From an uncultured Clostridia bacterium (GTDB lineage: Bacteria; Bacillota; Clostridia; HGM11514), in NCBI GenBank assembly GCA_934464705.1, contig CAKSKB010000013.1:139-64138 (forward strand): 64,000 bases of DNA. The letters run 5' to 3'. A model generated the notes under the pieces. It worked only from the letters and a program-made list of their open reading frames with translations. It was not told the DNA's origin and did not search any database. Below are positions 55,669-64,000 of this stretch, piece after piece. A program made the translations under genes and the position numbers. Within the stretch, counting starts at the first letter, position 1. Each line of letters begins with the position of its first letter.

Positions 55669-58600
55669 ATGAAAAAACTGAGAGCAATACTGTCGGTATT
55701 TTTAGTTCTGATAATAGTTTTTGGAATGCTGAAAACCGGCGTCTTTGCAGAAGAAACCGCCGCTGAAACCGCAGTTTCGGAAGAAATTTACGAAACTGAC
55801 GAAACGGCAGCTGAAGAAACAACGGAACAAGAAACAGAGATGCAGCCGCAGGGGGAAGAAATCGAACAAGCGGCAGATTACAGCGAAGAGGAAAATACAG
55901 CGCATTCCAAAGTTGAAGGCGTTGATTATTCAACAGAATATTGCGAATCCAAAATGACAGACGATGAAATTTCGGTGCTTGAAAAAGCATACGGATTTCA
56001 TGCGTCGGATACACCTTATGATGAAGAAATTATAGGGGAAGCATATAATCAGTACCAGATTTCCGTGCCGGGCGGTACAGTTTCGGTTAACGCTGCACCG
56101 AGCAGCTACACCGAGCTGGCAATTCCGTCAACGACAACGGTAACCACAACATCTGCATCGCAGAAGATTTATTACAAAATTGTGCCGTCCGCAACCGGCA
56201 GATACTGCTTTAAATCAGACTCGGGAAGCGGCGGTGATACATATGCAAGGCTGCTTAATTCTTCGGGAAGCCAGCTGGCATACTGCGATTCCGGACTTAT
56301 GCAGCCCAATGTTGAAGACTTTCACATAAATGAAATTCTGACAAAGAACACTACATATTATCTTGAGGTTCAGAACAAAAAGGGTGCCGGCAGTTTCAAA
56401 ATGTATGTGTTTTCGGATGATTACCTTGACGGAACATATAAGCCCGCAGAACTGACATTCGGCGAAAACAAATCGGGAACAATCAACTACGCTTATGACC
56501 ATGATATGTTCAAATTTGTGCCGACCGAAAGCGGAACTTATTCGTTTTTCACTACCGGCAGCATGGATACTTACGGTTACCTTGTCAACTCATCGCATAC
56601 TGTTCTTGCGTCAAATGATGACAGCGGAGCAGGCAGTAACTTTAAAATTGATTACGCACTCACAAAGGGGCAGGCGTATTATGTAAGCGTTCAGGGGTAT
56701 GGCAACAGTGCCACCGGAAATTACACTATATGTGTAGGTATGGCCGAATCCACTATGACAACCCTTAGCAATAATTCATCGGTGAATGTGTCGTTTTCAT
56801 CCGGGGCAGCGGATAAGTGGTATAAATTCACACCTCCGTCAAGCGGAAGATATTGCTTTAAATCCTGCTCGGATAATCTGGATACCTCGGCGGTTCTTTA
56901 TGATAATCAGTTTGTGGAGGTTGCGCACTGTGATATCGGTTATGTCCGTCCCAACTGGGATGATTTTCACATAAATGAAGTTCTGACCGGCGGAAAGGCT
57001 TATTATCTCAAAGTCAAGATGAAAACGGAAGCCGGCGGCAGCTTCAGCCTTGTCAGCTTTGCCGACGATTATCTTGACGGCAGCTTCGCTTCGGCAGTAG
57101 TTGAAAACGGTGTTGAAAAAAGCGGAACAATCAACCATGCCAGCGACCACGATATGTTTAAGTACACGCCGTCGGGCAGTGAAAACAACATTATAACGCT
57201 GGAGTCATCGGCTGATTTGAAGGTTGATATTTATGCTTCAAATGACGCCTATGTAAAATCGGCTACGGGTAAAAATATATCGCTTCCTCATAATTCAAGC
57301 GGCGCATTCTATTATATTGATGTATATAAAAACACCGGAATCGGCAGCTATAAGCTTAAGGTTTCAAGTGCGGATACCGATGTGTCGTCTGCAGAAACGG
57401 TTAGCTTTCCTGCGGCAAAAACTGTGTCAAGTGGTAAAGTATTCAAAATAATTCCGTCGGTCAGCGGTAAATATTCTATGAAATCCGTAACAACAGATAA
57501 CACTACATACGGTGCTTTGTATGATAATTGCGGAAAACTTTTGTTCCGCTATACAGATGGCAGAAGCGGTGACAATCTTCATGATTTTCACATAATGGAA
57601 ACACTTGAAAAGGACAAAATTTATTACTTTAAAGTTACTTCTTCGGCAAGCGGAAATATTCCTGTATATTTTTATGCCGATGATTATACCGACGGAACAA
57701 ATAATGCAAACGGTACACCGCTTCAGCAGGAGGTTTTTGCCGGTGAATCGTGGGCATCGGTTATAAATTACACTTCTGACAGAGATGTATTCATATTTAA
57801 GCCGATTATCAGCGGGGAATATGAAATTGCGGCAGACAAGCCTCAAATCTCATTTGAAGTTTACAGTGACCGTGACCATAAAAAAGTAACCGCCAATTCG
57901 GACGGCAATTACGACCTTGTTGACGGACAAACTTATTTTATTGATTTTTATGCTTCGAGCGCATTTACAGGAAGCTTTAATTTCGATATAAACATGATTA
58001 AAGCGGCACATAGCTATAATGTTGCGTCATCCAATGAACTTTTTGATATAAAAGTAAAACAGGGAGAAAGTGCATTTTATGAGCTTGGCAGCGGAATTTC
58101 AGGTTTCAAAACCGTTTCGGCAAAATCGTCAAAAGATGAACTGAGTCTTTGTATTGTTGATGATGAAGGACGAAACTGCTCGAGTGTTGAGTATGAACCC
58201 CGTACGGCACGGTTCTCAACTTATTACAACTTTGAAAGCGATAAAAAATATTATCTTAAAGTGTCAAACAATGATACTGCAGATGCAACAGTATATGCTG
58301 CGATTTACAGTGATGATTATCCGAACCGCAAACAGGATCTGATAACTTATGAGTTTGGTGAAACGAACGGCAAAATAGATTTCGACGGTGATGTTGATGT
58401 TTATAAATTTGCTTGCGAAAGCAACAGTGTCATCAATATACGCTATGAGGGCGAAAATGATTTGACCTTTAAGGTTTTCAGCGGCGAAGTCTGGATCGGC
58501 TCTGAGCAAAGCGGCAAAAATGTTAACCTTAATCTTAGCACCGGAAGCAACAATGTTTGCTATGTGTATGTATATCATACATCCGAAATCGGTATATGCA

Positions 58601-59607
58601 GTTACAAGTTTACGGCGGATGTGCTTGATTTTTCGGACAGCAACTGCACCGTGCTGACGCTTGATGTTCCGGCTTATGCAAACCTTACTTCAACCGATGA
58701 TTACAAGCTGTTTTCGTTTGTTCCCGAAAAAACGGCTATGTACAGAATAGACACGGGAAACGAAGCTAAAATCGAGATATATGATTATTACCTCAATCTT
58801 AAGGAAACAACATATTACTATGACCTGGATTGTACCTATTTAAGCTGTGATATGAAAAAAGGAAAAACATATTACATAAAAATAAGCTGCTTTAACGGTG
58901 ATGAAAATTATCTCGGCAATATTTCGGTTACCGCAACAATGGACGATTATCCGGGCGGTGTTCCTTATAATGTTCCTACAATCGGCAGCGGCGATGTTCA
59001 GAAGGGCTGCATAGAAATACCGGGTGATGAGGACAGCTATTGGGTTCAGGTTGAAAACGACGGAACATATAACATTGTTTCGCTCGGAGGAACCGATGTG
59101 AAAGCTGAACTCTATGACGGAAGCACTGTTATTGCAAGTGATGATAACAGCGGTGACGGTATGAATTTCAAAATGACCGCAGAGCTTGCCGGAGAAACTC
59201 CATACAGGCTGCGTATAACCGGAGGAACCGCAGCGGCTGTCGGCGGATACAGGATTTATGTCAGCCCGGCGTCCGCATTGAATACGGTTTACGGTTATGC
59301 TGCAAGAAATGATATAGTCAATGTTGAATTTGCAAAGAAGGGCAGCGGAAATTCAGCGGTATATACTTTTAATTATGACAGTGAAGCATTTGAAATTTAC
59401 GATTTGTGCGGTCTGACATTTGCGCTGGAACTTGAAGCGGCGGCAATAGGAAATGTAACAATAAACAGTGTTACACCGGGAACGGTTGTGTTTACGGTTT
59501 CCGGAAACGGTGCGGACGCTTTCGCAGATAGGGTAGAAAATATTATAAGACTCAAGGCAAAAAGAGACGGAGCGTTTCTTTGCACCTGGAGCTGCACAAA
59601 CAGCTGA
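55669..59607 (+). CDS. giant secreted modular protein with ~10 PPC-like (pre-peptidase C-terminal-type) beta-sandwich repeats
   Basis: Signal peptide MKKLRAILSVFLVLIIVFGMLKTGVFA, then an acidic E/T/A-rich linker. Two module types alternate. Type A carries SG(R/K)Y(C/S)FKS...DFHI(N/M)E...YY(L/F)(K/E)V, and type B carries GTINYA(Y/S)DHDMFK(F/Y)...Y.(I/V). The C-terminal ~110 aa may be Ig/cohesin-like. Confidence 0.7.
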   Translation: MKKLRAILSVFLVLIIVFGMLKTGVFAEETAAETAVSEEIYETDETAAEETTEQETEMQPQGEEIEQAADYSEEENTAHSKVEGVDYSTEYCESKMTDDEISVLEKAYGFHASDTPYDEEIIGEAYNQYQISVPGGTVSVNAAPSSYTELAIPSTTTVTTTSASQKIYYKIVPSATGRYCFKSDSGSGGDTYARLLNSSGSQLAYCDSGLMQPNVEDFHINEILTKNTTYYLEVQNKKGAGSFKMYVFSDDYLDGTYKPAELTFGENKSGTINYAYDHDMFKFVPTESGTYSFFTTGSMDTYGYLVNSSHTVLASNDDSGAGSNFKIDYALTKGQAYYVSVQGYGNSATGNYTICVGMAESTMTTLSNNSSVNVSFSSGAADKWYKFTPPSSGRYCFKSCSDNLDTSAVLYDNQFVEVAHCDIGYVRPNWDDFHINEVLTGGKAYYLKVKMKTEAGGSFSLVSFADDYLDGSFASAVVENGVEKSGTINHASDHDMFKYTPSGSENNIITLESSADLKVDIYASNDAYVKSATGKNISLPHNSSGAFYYIDVYKNTGIGSYKLKVSSADTDVSSAETVSFPAAKTVSSGKVFKIIPSVSGKYSMKSVTTDNTTYGALYDNCGKLLFRYTDGRSGDNLHDFHIMETLEKDKIYYFKVTSSASGNIPVYFYADDYTDGTNNANGTPLQQEVFAGESWASVINYTSDRDVFIFKPIISGEYEIAADKPQISFEVYSDRDHKKVTANSDGNYDLVDGQTYFIDFYASSAFTGSFNFDINMIKAAHSYNVASSNELFDIKVKQGESAFYELGSGISGFKTVSAKSSKDELSLCIVDDEGRNCSSVEYEPRTARFSTYYNFESDKKYYLKVSNNDTADATVYAAIYSDDYPNRKQDLITYEFGETNGKIDFDGDVDVYKFACESNSVINIRYEGENDLTFKVFSGEVWIGSEQSGKNVNLNLSTGSNNVCYVYVYHTSEIGICSYKFTADVLDFSDSNCTVLTLDVPAYANLTSTDDYKLFSFVPEKTAMYRIDTGNEAKIEIYDYYLNLKETTYYYDLDCTYLSCDMKKGKTYYIKISCFNGDENYLGNISVTATMDDYPGGVPYNVPTIGSGDVQKGCIEIPGDEDSYWVQVENDGTYNIVSLGGTDVKAELYDGSTVIASDDNSGDGMNFKMTAELAGETPYRLRITGGTAAAVGGYRIYVSPASALNTVYGYAARNDIVNVEFAKKGSGNSAVYTFNYDSEAFEIYDLCGLTFALELEAAAIGNVTINSVTPGTVVFTVSGNGADAFADRVENIIRLKAKRDGAFLCTWSCTNS

Positions 59608-59618
59608 GGAGGATAAAA

Positions 59619-60596
59619 ATGAAAAGAATAATACTTATTACAATAGGTCTTATAGCAGCATTGGCGATAGGTGTATTTGCGGCGGACGGAATCACCGGCG
59701 GGGATATTATCGGTGTTTTTGAGCCGGAAGTTACAGAAGTTGCCGAAGAGACCGAGGAAATCGCCGCAGAACCCGACGGCACGGTTTATGTAACCGAAAA
59801 CGCCCTGACGGCGCTGCTGAACTCAGATAAAACCCGAAGCGAAGCAACAGGGGAGCTTGAGGCGGTTTACTCTATGACGGCTGAATACGGAATGACAGAT
59901 GAAGAAGCGGCGTATATTGCAAATCTGGTTAATAATGGCTATGACCTTTCGTGGCTTCTTGATATTTATGTATTCTGGACAACCTGCGATGATGATATAA
60001 GCATAATAAAGAGCATGTACGATTCTGCCGTAAATAATGATATTAACGGCAGGTACTGGGAGGAGGACGCTTATAACATCGTAACAAACCGTAAACACGG
60101 CGAGCTGAGCGTTGATGAAATTATGGCGTATCTCGATAAAGGTCTTAGCATTGATGATGTAAGGCAGGCGAATGTACTTTCGAGAAACAAGGATTATACA
60201 ATCAGCGAGATTCTTGACGAAGTTGTCGGCGGAAAAAGTATGGACGAAATGAAAAAGGATGTATTCGGAAGCAACGAAGATAAGCCGGCAGAGAGTCTGG
60301 CGCTTGAGCAAAGACACGGCGTAACTGCGGTTGATACAAATAAAGAGGTTTATGTAAAATCGGCTTCCGCAGCGGTTTCCGCAGAAACCAATAAGAATAA
60401 AGTCAGGGCGTATTTGAATGAAAAGCTCGGGGAGGAACGCACAAATGAGCTTCTCTCAAAGTATTCTTATATCATTGTATATAATGCTGCCGAGGCAGCT
60501 GAAAGCGAGAATACAGATATAGAACAAATTCTCAATGAATACGAAACACTCGGAAACAGAACAAGAACACTTGAAAGGAGTGTGTATTTAGGATGA
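59619..60596 (+). CDS. hypothetical exported/membrane-anchored protein
   Basis: RBS AGGAGG precedes the start. N-terminal TM/signal MKRIILITIGLIAALAIGVFA, followed by an acidic region. Its stop overlaps the RHS gene start. Confidence 0.55.
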   Translation: MKRIILITIGLIAALAIGVFAADGITGGDIIGVFEPEVTEVAEETEEIAAEPDGTVYVTENALTALLNSDKTRSEATGELEAVYSMTAEYGMTDEEAAYIANLVNNGYDLSWLLDIYVFWTTCDDDISIIKSMYDSAVNNDINGRYWEEDAYNIVTNRKHGELSVDEIMAYLDKGLSIDDVRQANVLSRNKDYTISEILDEVVGGKSMDEMKKDVFGSNEDKPAESLALEQRHGVTAVDTNKEVYVKSASAAVSAETNKNKVRAYLNEKLGEERTNELLSKYSYIIVYNAAEAAESENTDIEQILNEYETLGNRTRTLERSVYLG

Positions 60597-63500
60597 AAAA
60601 ACTTATAATAGGTTTGAGCCTGCTTGCTGTGCTGCTTTGTTTCGGAGCGGCAGCGTATGCGTCAACCGAAGGCTCTGCCGACATTGCGGCGCAGATAAGT
60701 TATAATCAAAAAATATCAGGTTCGGAATATAAATCACCGCTTAATACTGATGATGAACAAAGGGTTGATGTGCGTTCGCAGAGCCTCATAATCAATAGTA
60801 CCGATATAAGCCTTCCGGGTAAAAACGGTATGGATTTGAATATTATGAGAGCATATAGGAGCGCATCTGAAAAGATGATCAGCATATCAGCACCCGGTAA
60901 AACAGCGGATTACATATCGAAAAAGTATGCTTATAAATATAATTACAGTTATAATAATACAGATTACAGCTGTTATATAATATTTGACGGCGAAGAGGAT
61001 ATGTTTTCAAAGGGCGTAAATGTCCAGATAAAAAATATATACCGTGCTGGTGGTGCGAAACCGGGCGCGGACCCGGTTACGACTGTTAACGGTTTAAATG
61101 CCTATTATTACACAGCTCTTAAAAAAGATACCTATAGCGGCTTAACGCTGCTGAGAGATGCAGCTCAGGCTGCTGTTGAGGTAGATGTGGCAGTTAAATC
61201 GACATCGGTGGACAGTGATGTTTTCAGCGACCTTAAGGAAAAGGATAAGATCTGTGATGGCTGGTATCTGAGAATGCCGTATTTGCGGTTTTATTCCGAA
61301 ACAAGAAATGATTATTATGTTGATAGAAATGCAGTAGTATTTAACGGAACAGCCTATAACAATTTATCATATACCGTACAAAATTGTCTGTTTAGCAACG
61401 AGAACGGACAGCTTATATGGGGCGAATACAGAAGGTATTATATAGAACGCACTGAAAAGGAAATGATACAGGATCCCGAAAGCGGAAGAGGCGTGTGGGT
61501 AGATAAAAAGGTATATGATTATGTCGGCAGTCGCTTGTGGATAAATGAAGCCTATGCGAGCGTCAGCGAAGGTGATGACGGTTACGGCGGTGAAATTGAC
61601 GGAATCGGTTATTCTTTTTACTTTGTAGATAAGGGAACCGGTTACGGGTATTATTTCAGTAACGGAAGGCTTAGGGTTAAGGAAGATAAATACGGAAACA
61701 AAATCAAGTATTACTATACTTCCGACAACAGATTAAGTTATATAACCGATACCTATGGGAGAACAGTGAATTTCACATGGGGTGCAAATGGTTATGCCCT
61801 TGATATAGGCTACGGAAACCGCCATGTTAAGTATAAAACATACAGTAGCGAGGGCGACTCTCCGCTTGACCGCGATGATACTTGTACAATGGAATATATT
61901 AATGAGGCTAATGAAAAGACTGTATATACCTCATCAAGAATAGGTTCTGTAGTAAGAAATGAAAGGATAGCTCCAAATGTTTCGTATTATGATTATATAA
62001 ATTATATTACTGATATTGAATATGCGAGTGGCGGACACAAAAAGTATGATTATGGCTACCTTAAAACTAAGGATTGGGAATGCAGTCCGATGGTGGTCAA
62101 ACAGGAAAAAACACAAACCAACGGTGAGGTTAAAGAGGTTGTCAACTACAAAGGCGAACATACTCTGACTGATGCAGAAACGGAAGATTTTGCGTTGAAC
62201 ACATATCTTGCACACGCTGCAGCCGGGTACACAACACCGGATGATTTTACGAAGGTTACCACAGAGAACAGTGCCGATGACGGCAGTACAAGCACGGTCA
62301 TTTACGGTTACAGCAACGGCACACTGAAAGCGGTGCTTAGCTATGACGGTAAAGGCAATGTAAACCGAAAATTCAGCTACTACAGTAAAAAAGACGGTTA
62401 CGATATAATATCTGAGGAAACAACTGTGCAGTATAATAAAAACAATGCTTCCGATGTTGTGACCAAAACCGATACCTATGATTACGAACAGCCGTATAAC
62501 AATCTTACATACAGCTATGACGGGCGTGTGACCGTGCGTAATAAGTATTATGAGAAGGCTGCAAATCCGGCAATCTATCCGAGATACCTCGTGGAAAAGG
62601 ATCAGCGCGTGATGGACGGAACAGACAGCGAATATCCGTATATTCATAGGGTTGAAAGGTATAAATATGAAAGCTATGCAAGCGGAAACGAACAGTTTGA
62701 GGCAACCAACCCATCGTATCTTCTCGTGTGGGAAAACGAAGAAAAAGAGGACGGTACAATAAAAGGCGGAGCCGGTACACTGAAAGAGAGAATCGAGTAT
62801 GAGTATGATTCCTGCGGAAGAGTAATTAAGGTAAAAAAGCTTGAAACGCCGCATACCGGTGCCAGAAACGAAAATTCTCCCGGCGAGATTACAACATATT
62901 CTTACGAAGATACCGGCTACGGTACGGATGTGAGCGCACTGAAAACCGTAACCGAAAGCAAAACCCTTACGGACGGTACCGTCGCTTCCGTTGTAACGAA
63001 ATATGATTACTATGGAAATAAAGTTTCGGTTTCCGGTTACGGCACCGATAGCGTAACCTATACCTACGATGCGAAAAACCGCGTAACACGCGAACAGTAT
63101 GCAGACGGTACGGCAAAAACATATTCTTATATCGTAACACCCGCCGCTTGCAAAACGGAAGTTACCGACCAGAGCGGCAAGAAAATCAGAATCGTTTATG
63201 ACGATCTGGGAAGACAAATTAAAACCCTCGTCAACCCCGGAGAGCCTTCCGAAACTGCTGTTGAGGAAATAAATTACAATAATTTGGGACAAATTAGTAA
63301 AAAAACTCTTGACAGCGGTGATAATTCATGTTATAATGTGGAATATAAATACAATTGCTTTGGCGAGGTAATTGAGGAAAAGGCAACGGATAATACCGGA
63401 AAGGTTTACCGTCAGAATAATTATGATTATTCTTTCGGGCAGGCTGAAGGTAAAATGTGCCGCGTAACAACCACAACATCAAAGGTAAGGAATGAACATG

Positions 63501-64000
63501 ACAGGGTTGTTACAAAGTATGCCGATGCCTGGGGGCTTTTGGTCAAGGCAACCGCAAAAGGCGGAAATGATGAGTATTCCGTTAAGAATACCTATGACAG
63601 CTGCGGCGTGCTTAAATCATCAACCGATGCAAACGGCAATGTTACAAGCTTTGGCTATGACTATAACAGCAGGCAGATTTCCGAAACCAATGCCGCAGGC
63701 AAAACCAAGAGCTGTACCTATAATATTTATGGGTATATGACAACCTCAACGGATTTCATGGGCAATGTTACAAATTATTCCTATGATAATCTCGGGAGAG
63801 TGACGGAGACCATAGCACCTATGTCCGATTCCGAAAATATGAAAACCCAAACCTTTTATAACGCTGCCGGCGATAAGGCAAAGGATAGGGTTTATACCTC
63901 CGCATCGGAGTTCAGGGATACAGACTATACCTACGATAACCGCCATAGAGTAACTACCGTAACAAGCGACGGCGTAAGCTATACAAAGTATTTCTATGAT
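60593..64000 (+). CDS. WapA-like RHS/YD-repeat polymorphic toxin precursor (5' partial, runs off window)
   Basis: ATG at 60593 is embedded in GGATGA, overlapping the upstream stop. Sec signal MKKLIIGLSLLAVLLCFGAAAYA. The frame was translated by hand and stays open for more than 1135 codons to the window end. It contains many YD repeats (YEYDSCGRVIKV, YTYDAKNRVTRE, YDDLGRQIKT, YSYDNLGRVTET, YTYDNRHRVTTV). Confidence 0.8.
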   Translation, partial: MKKLIIGLSLLAVLLCFGAAAYASTEGSADIAAQISYNQKISGSEYKSPLNTDDEQRVDVRSQSLIINSTDISLPGKNGMDLNIMRAYRSASEKMISISAPGKTADYISKKYAYKYNYSYNNTDYSCYIIFDGEEDMFSKGVNVQIKNIYRAGGAKPGADPVTTVNGLNAYYYTALKKDTYSGLTLLRDAAQAAVEVDVAVKSTSVDSDVFSDLKEKDKICDGWYLRMPYLRFYSETRNDYYVDRNAVVFNGTAYNNLSYTVQNCLFSNENGQLIWGEYRRYYIERTEKEMIQDPESGRGVWVDKKVYDYVGSRLWINEAYASVSEGDDGYGGEIDGIGYSFYFVDKGTGYGYYFSNGRLRVKEDKYGNKIKYYYTSDNRLSYITDTYGRTVNFTWGANGYALDIGYGNRHVKYKTYSSEGDSPLDRDDTCTMEYINEANEKTVYTSSRIGSVVRNERIAPNVSYYDYINYITDIEYASGGHKKYDYGYLKTKDWECSPMVVKQEKTQTNGEVKEVVNYKGEHTLTDAETEDFALNTYLAHAAAGYTTPDDFTKVTTENSADDGSTSTVIYGYSNGTLKAVLSYDGKGNVNRKFSYYSKKDGYDIISEETTVQYNKNNASDVVTKTDTYDYEQPYNNLTYSYDGRVTVRNKYYEKAANPAIYPRYLVEKDQRVMDGTDSEYPYIHRVERYKYESYASGNEQFEATNPSYLLVWENEEKEDGTIKGGAGTLKERIEYEYDSCGRVIKVKKLETPHTGARNENSPGEITTYSYEDTGYGTDVSALKTVTESKTLTDGTVASVVTKYDYYGNKVSVSGYGTDSVTYTYDAKNRVTREQYADGTAKTYSYIVTPAACKTEVTDQSGKKIRIVYDDLGRQIKTLVNPGEPSETAVEEINYNNLGQISKKTLDSGDNSCYNVEYKYNCFGEVIEEKATDNTGKVYRQNNYDYSFGQAEGKMCRVTTTTSKVRNEHDRVVTKYADAWGLLVKATAKGGNDEYSVKNTYDSCGVLKSSTDANGNVTSFGYDYNSRQISETNAAGKTKSCTYNIYGYMTTSTDFMGNVTNYSYDNLGRVTETIAPMSDSENMKTQTFYNAAGDKAKDRVYTSASEFRDTDYTYDNRHRVTTVTSDGVSYTKYFYD

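Noticed and set aside
61934-63292. 452-aa minus-strand ORF, the longest call in the last 4 kb of the track
   Set aside because: The protein is low-complexity and rich in C/F/I/R with no recognisable motifs. It lies antisense to the continuous YD-repeat reading frame, so it is a shadow ORF of the RHS gene.
1-64000. CRISPR arrays, transposases, integrases, IS elements
   Set aside because: No regularly spaced direct repeats with unique spacers were seen. No ORF carries DDE transposase, tyrosine recombinase or serine recombinase motifs. The tandem repeats found are either the 22-nt regulatory repeat at 9140 or protein-level module repeats inside the 55669..59607 gene.

Overview
This 64 kb window looks like chromosomal DNA from a low-to-moderate GC, spore-forming Firmicute of the class Clostridia. 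The evidence is a SpoVT homologue, a NodB-type deacetylase, an AlkD-like protein, Gram-positive lipoprotein signal peptides, and a pyrimidine operon that includes pyrI. Most of the window is densely packed housekeeping genes. These include a PuuR-like regulator with a potB-potC-[glycosidase]-potD-potA polyamine ABC transporter, pssA-psd, an OmpR/histidine-kinase pair, a complete pyrC-K-D-F-E-B-I de novo pyrimidine operon, dapA, ilvE, birA-bioY, gap, a pfkB-family kinase, an ABC-F ATPase, a NUDIX hydrolase, a THUMP methyltransferase and pdxK. Two tRNA genes, tRNA-Gly(CCC) and tRNA-Gln(CTG), each carry a textbook TTGACA-17-TATAAT promoter and a rho-independent terminator.

Five regions stand out from this background.
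- A cytoplasmic six-hairpin glycosidase resembling GH78 sits inside the pot operon.
- A translationally coupled cluster at 27581..32863 encodes a heparinase II/III-like protein, a right-handed beta-helix protein and a PhnP-like MBL phosphodiesterase, all without signal peptides.
- A TSUP (TauE/SafE) permease at 22450..23158 is split into two overlapping 4-TM half-genes.
- A 700 bp decay zone at 46010..46760 holds gene fragments.
- The segment downstream of tRNA-Gln (54.1 to 64 kb) looks like an accessory island. It begins with a 5'-truncated, frameshifted GH3 beta-glucosidase pseudogene that abuts the tRNA terminator. Next is a 1312-aa secreted protein built from about ten alternating PPC-like beta-sandwich modules. 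Last come a coupled 338-aa protein and a Sec-signal WapA-like RHS/YD-repeat polymorphic-toxin gene that runs off the window end.

The ORF track misses the RHS gene because the gene has no stop inside the window.

No CRISPR array, transposase or integrase was found.
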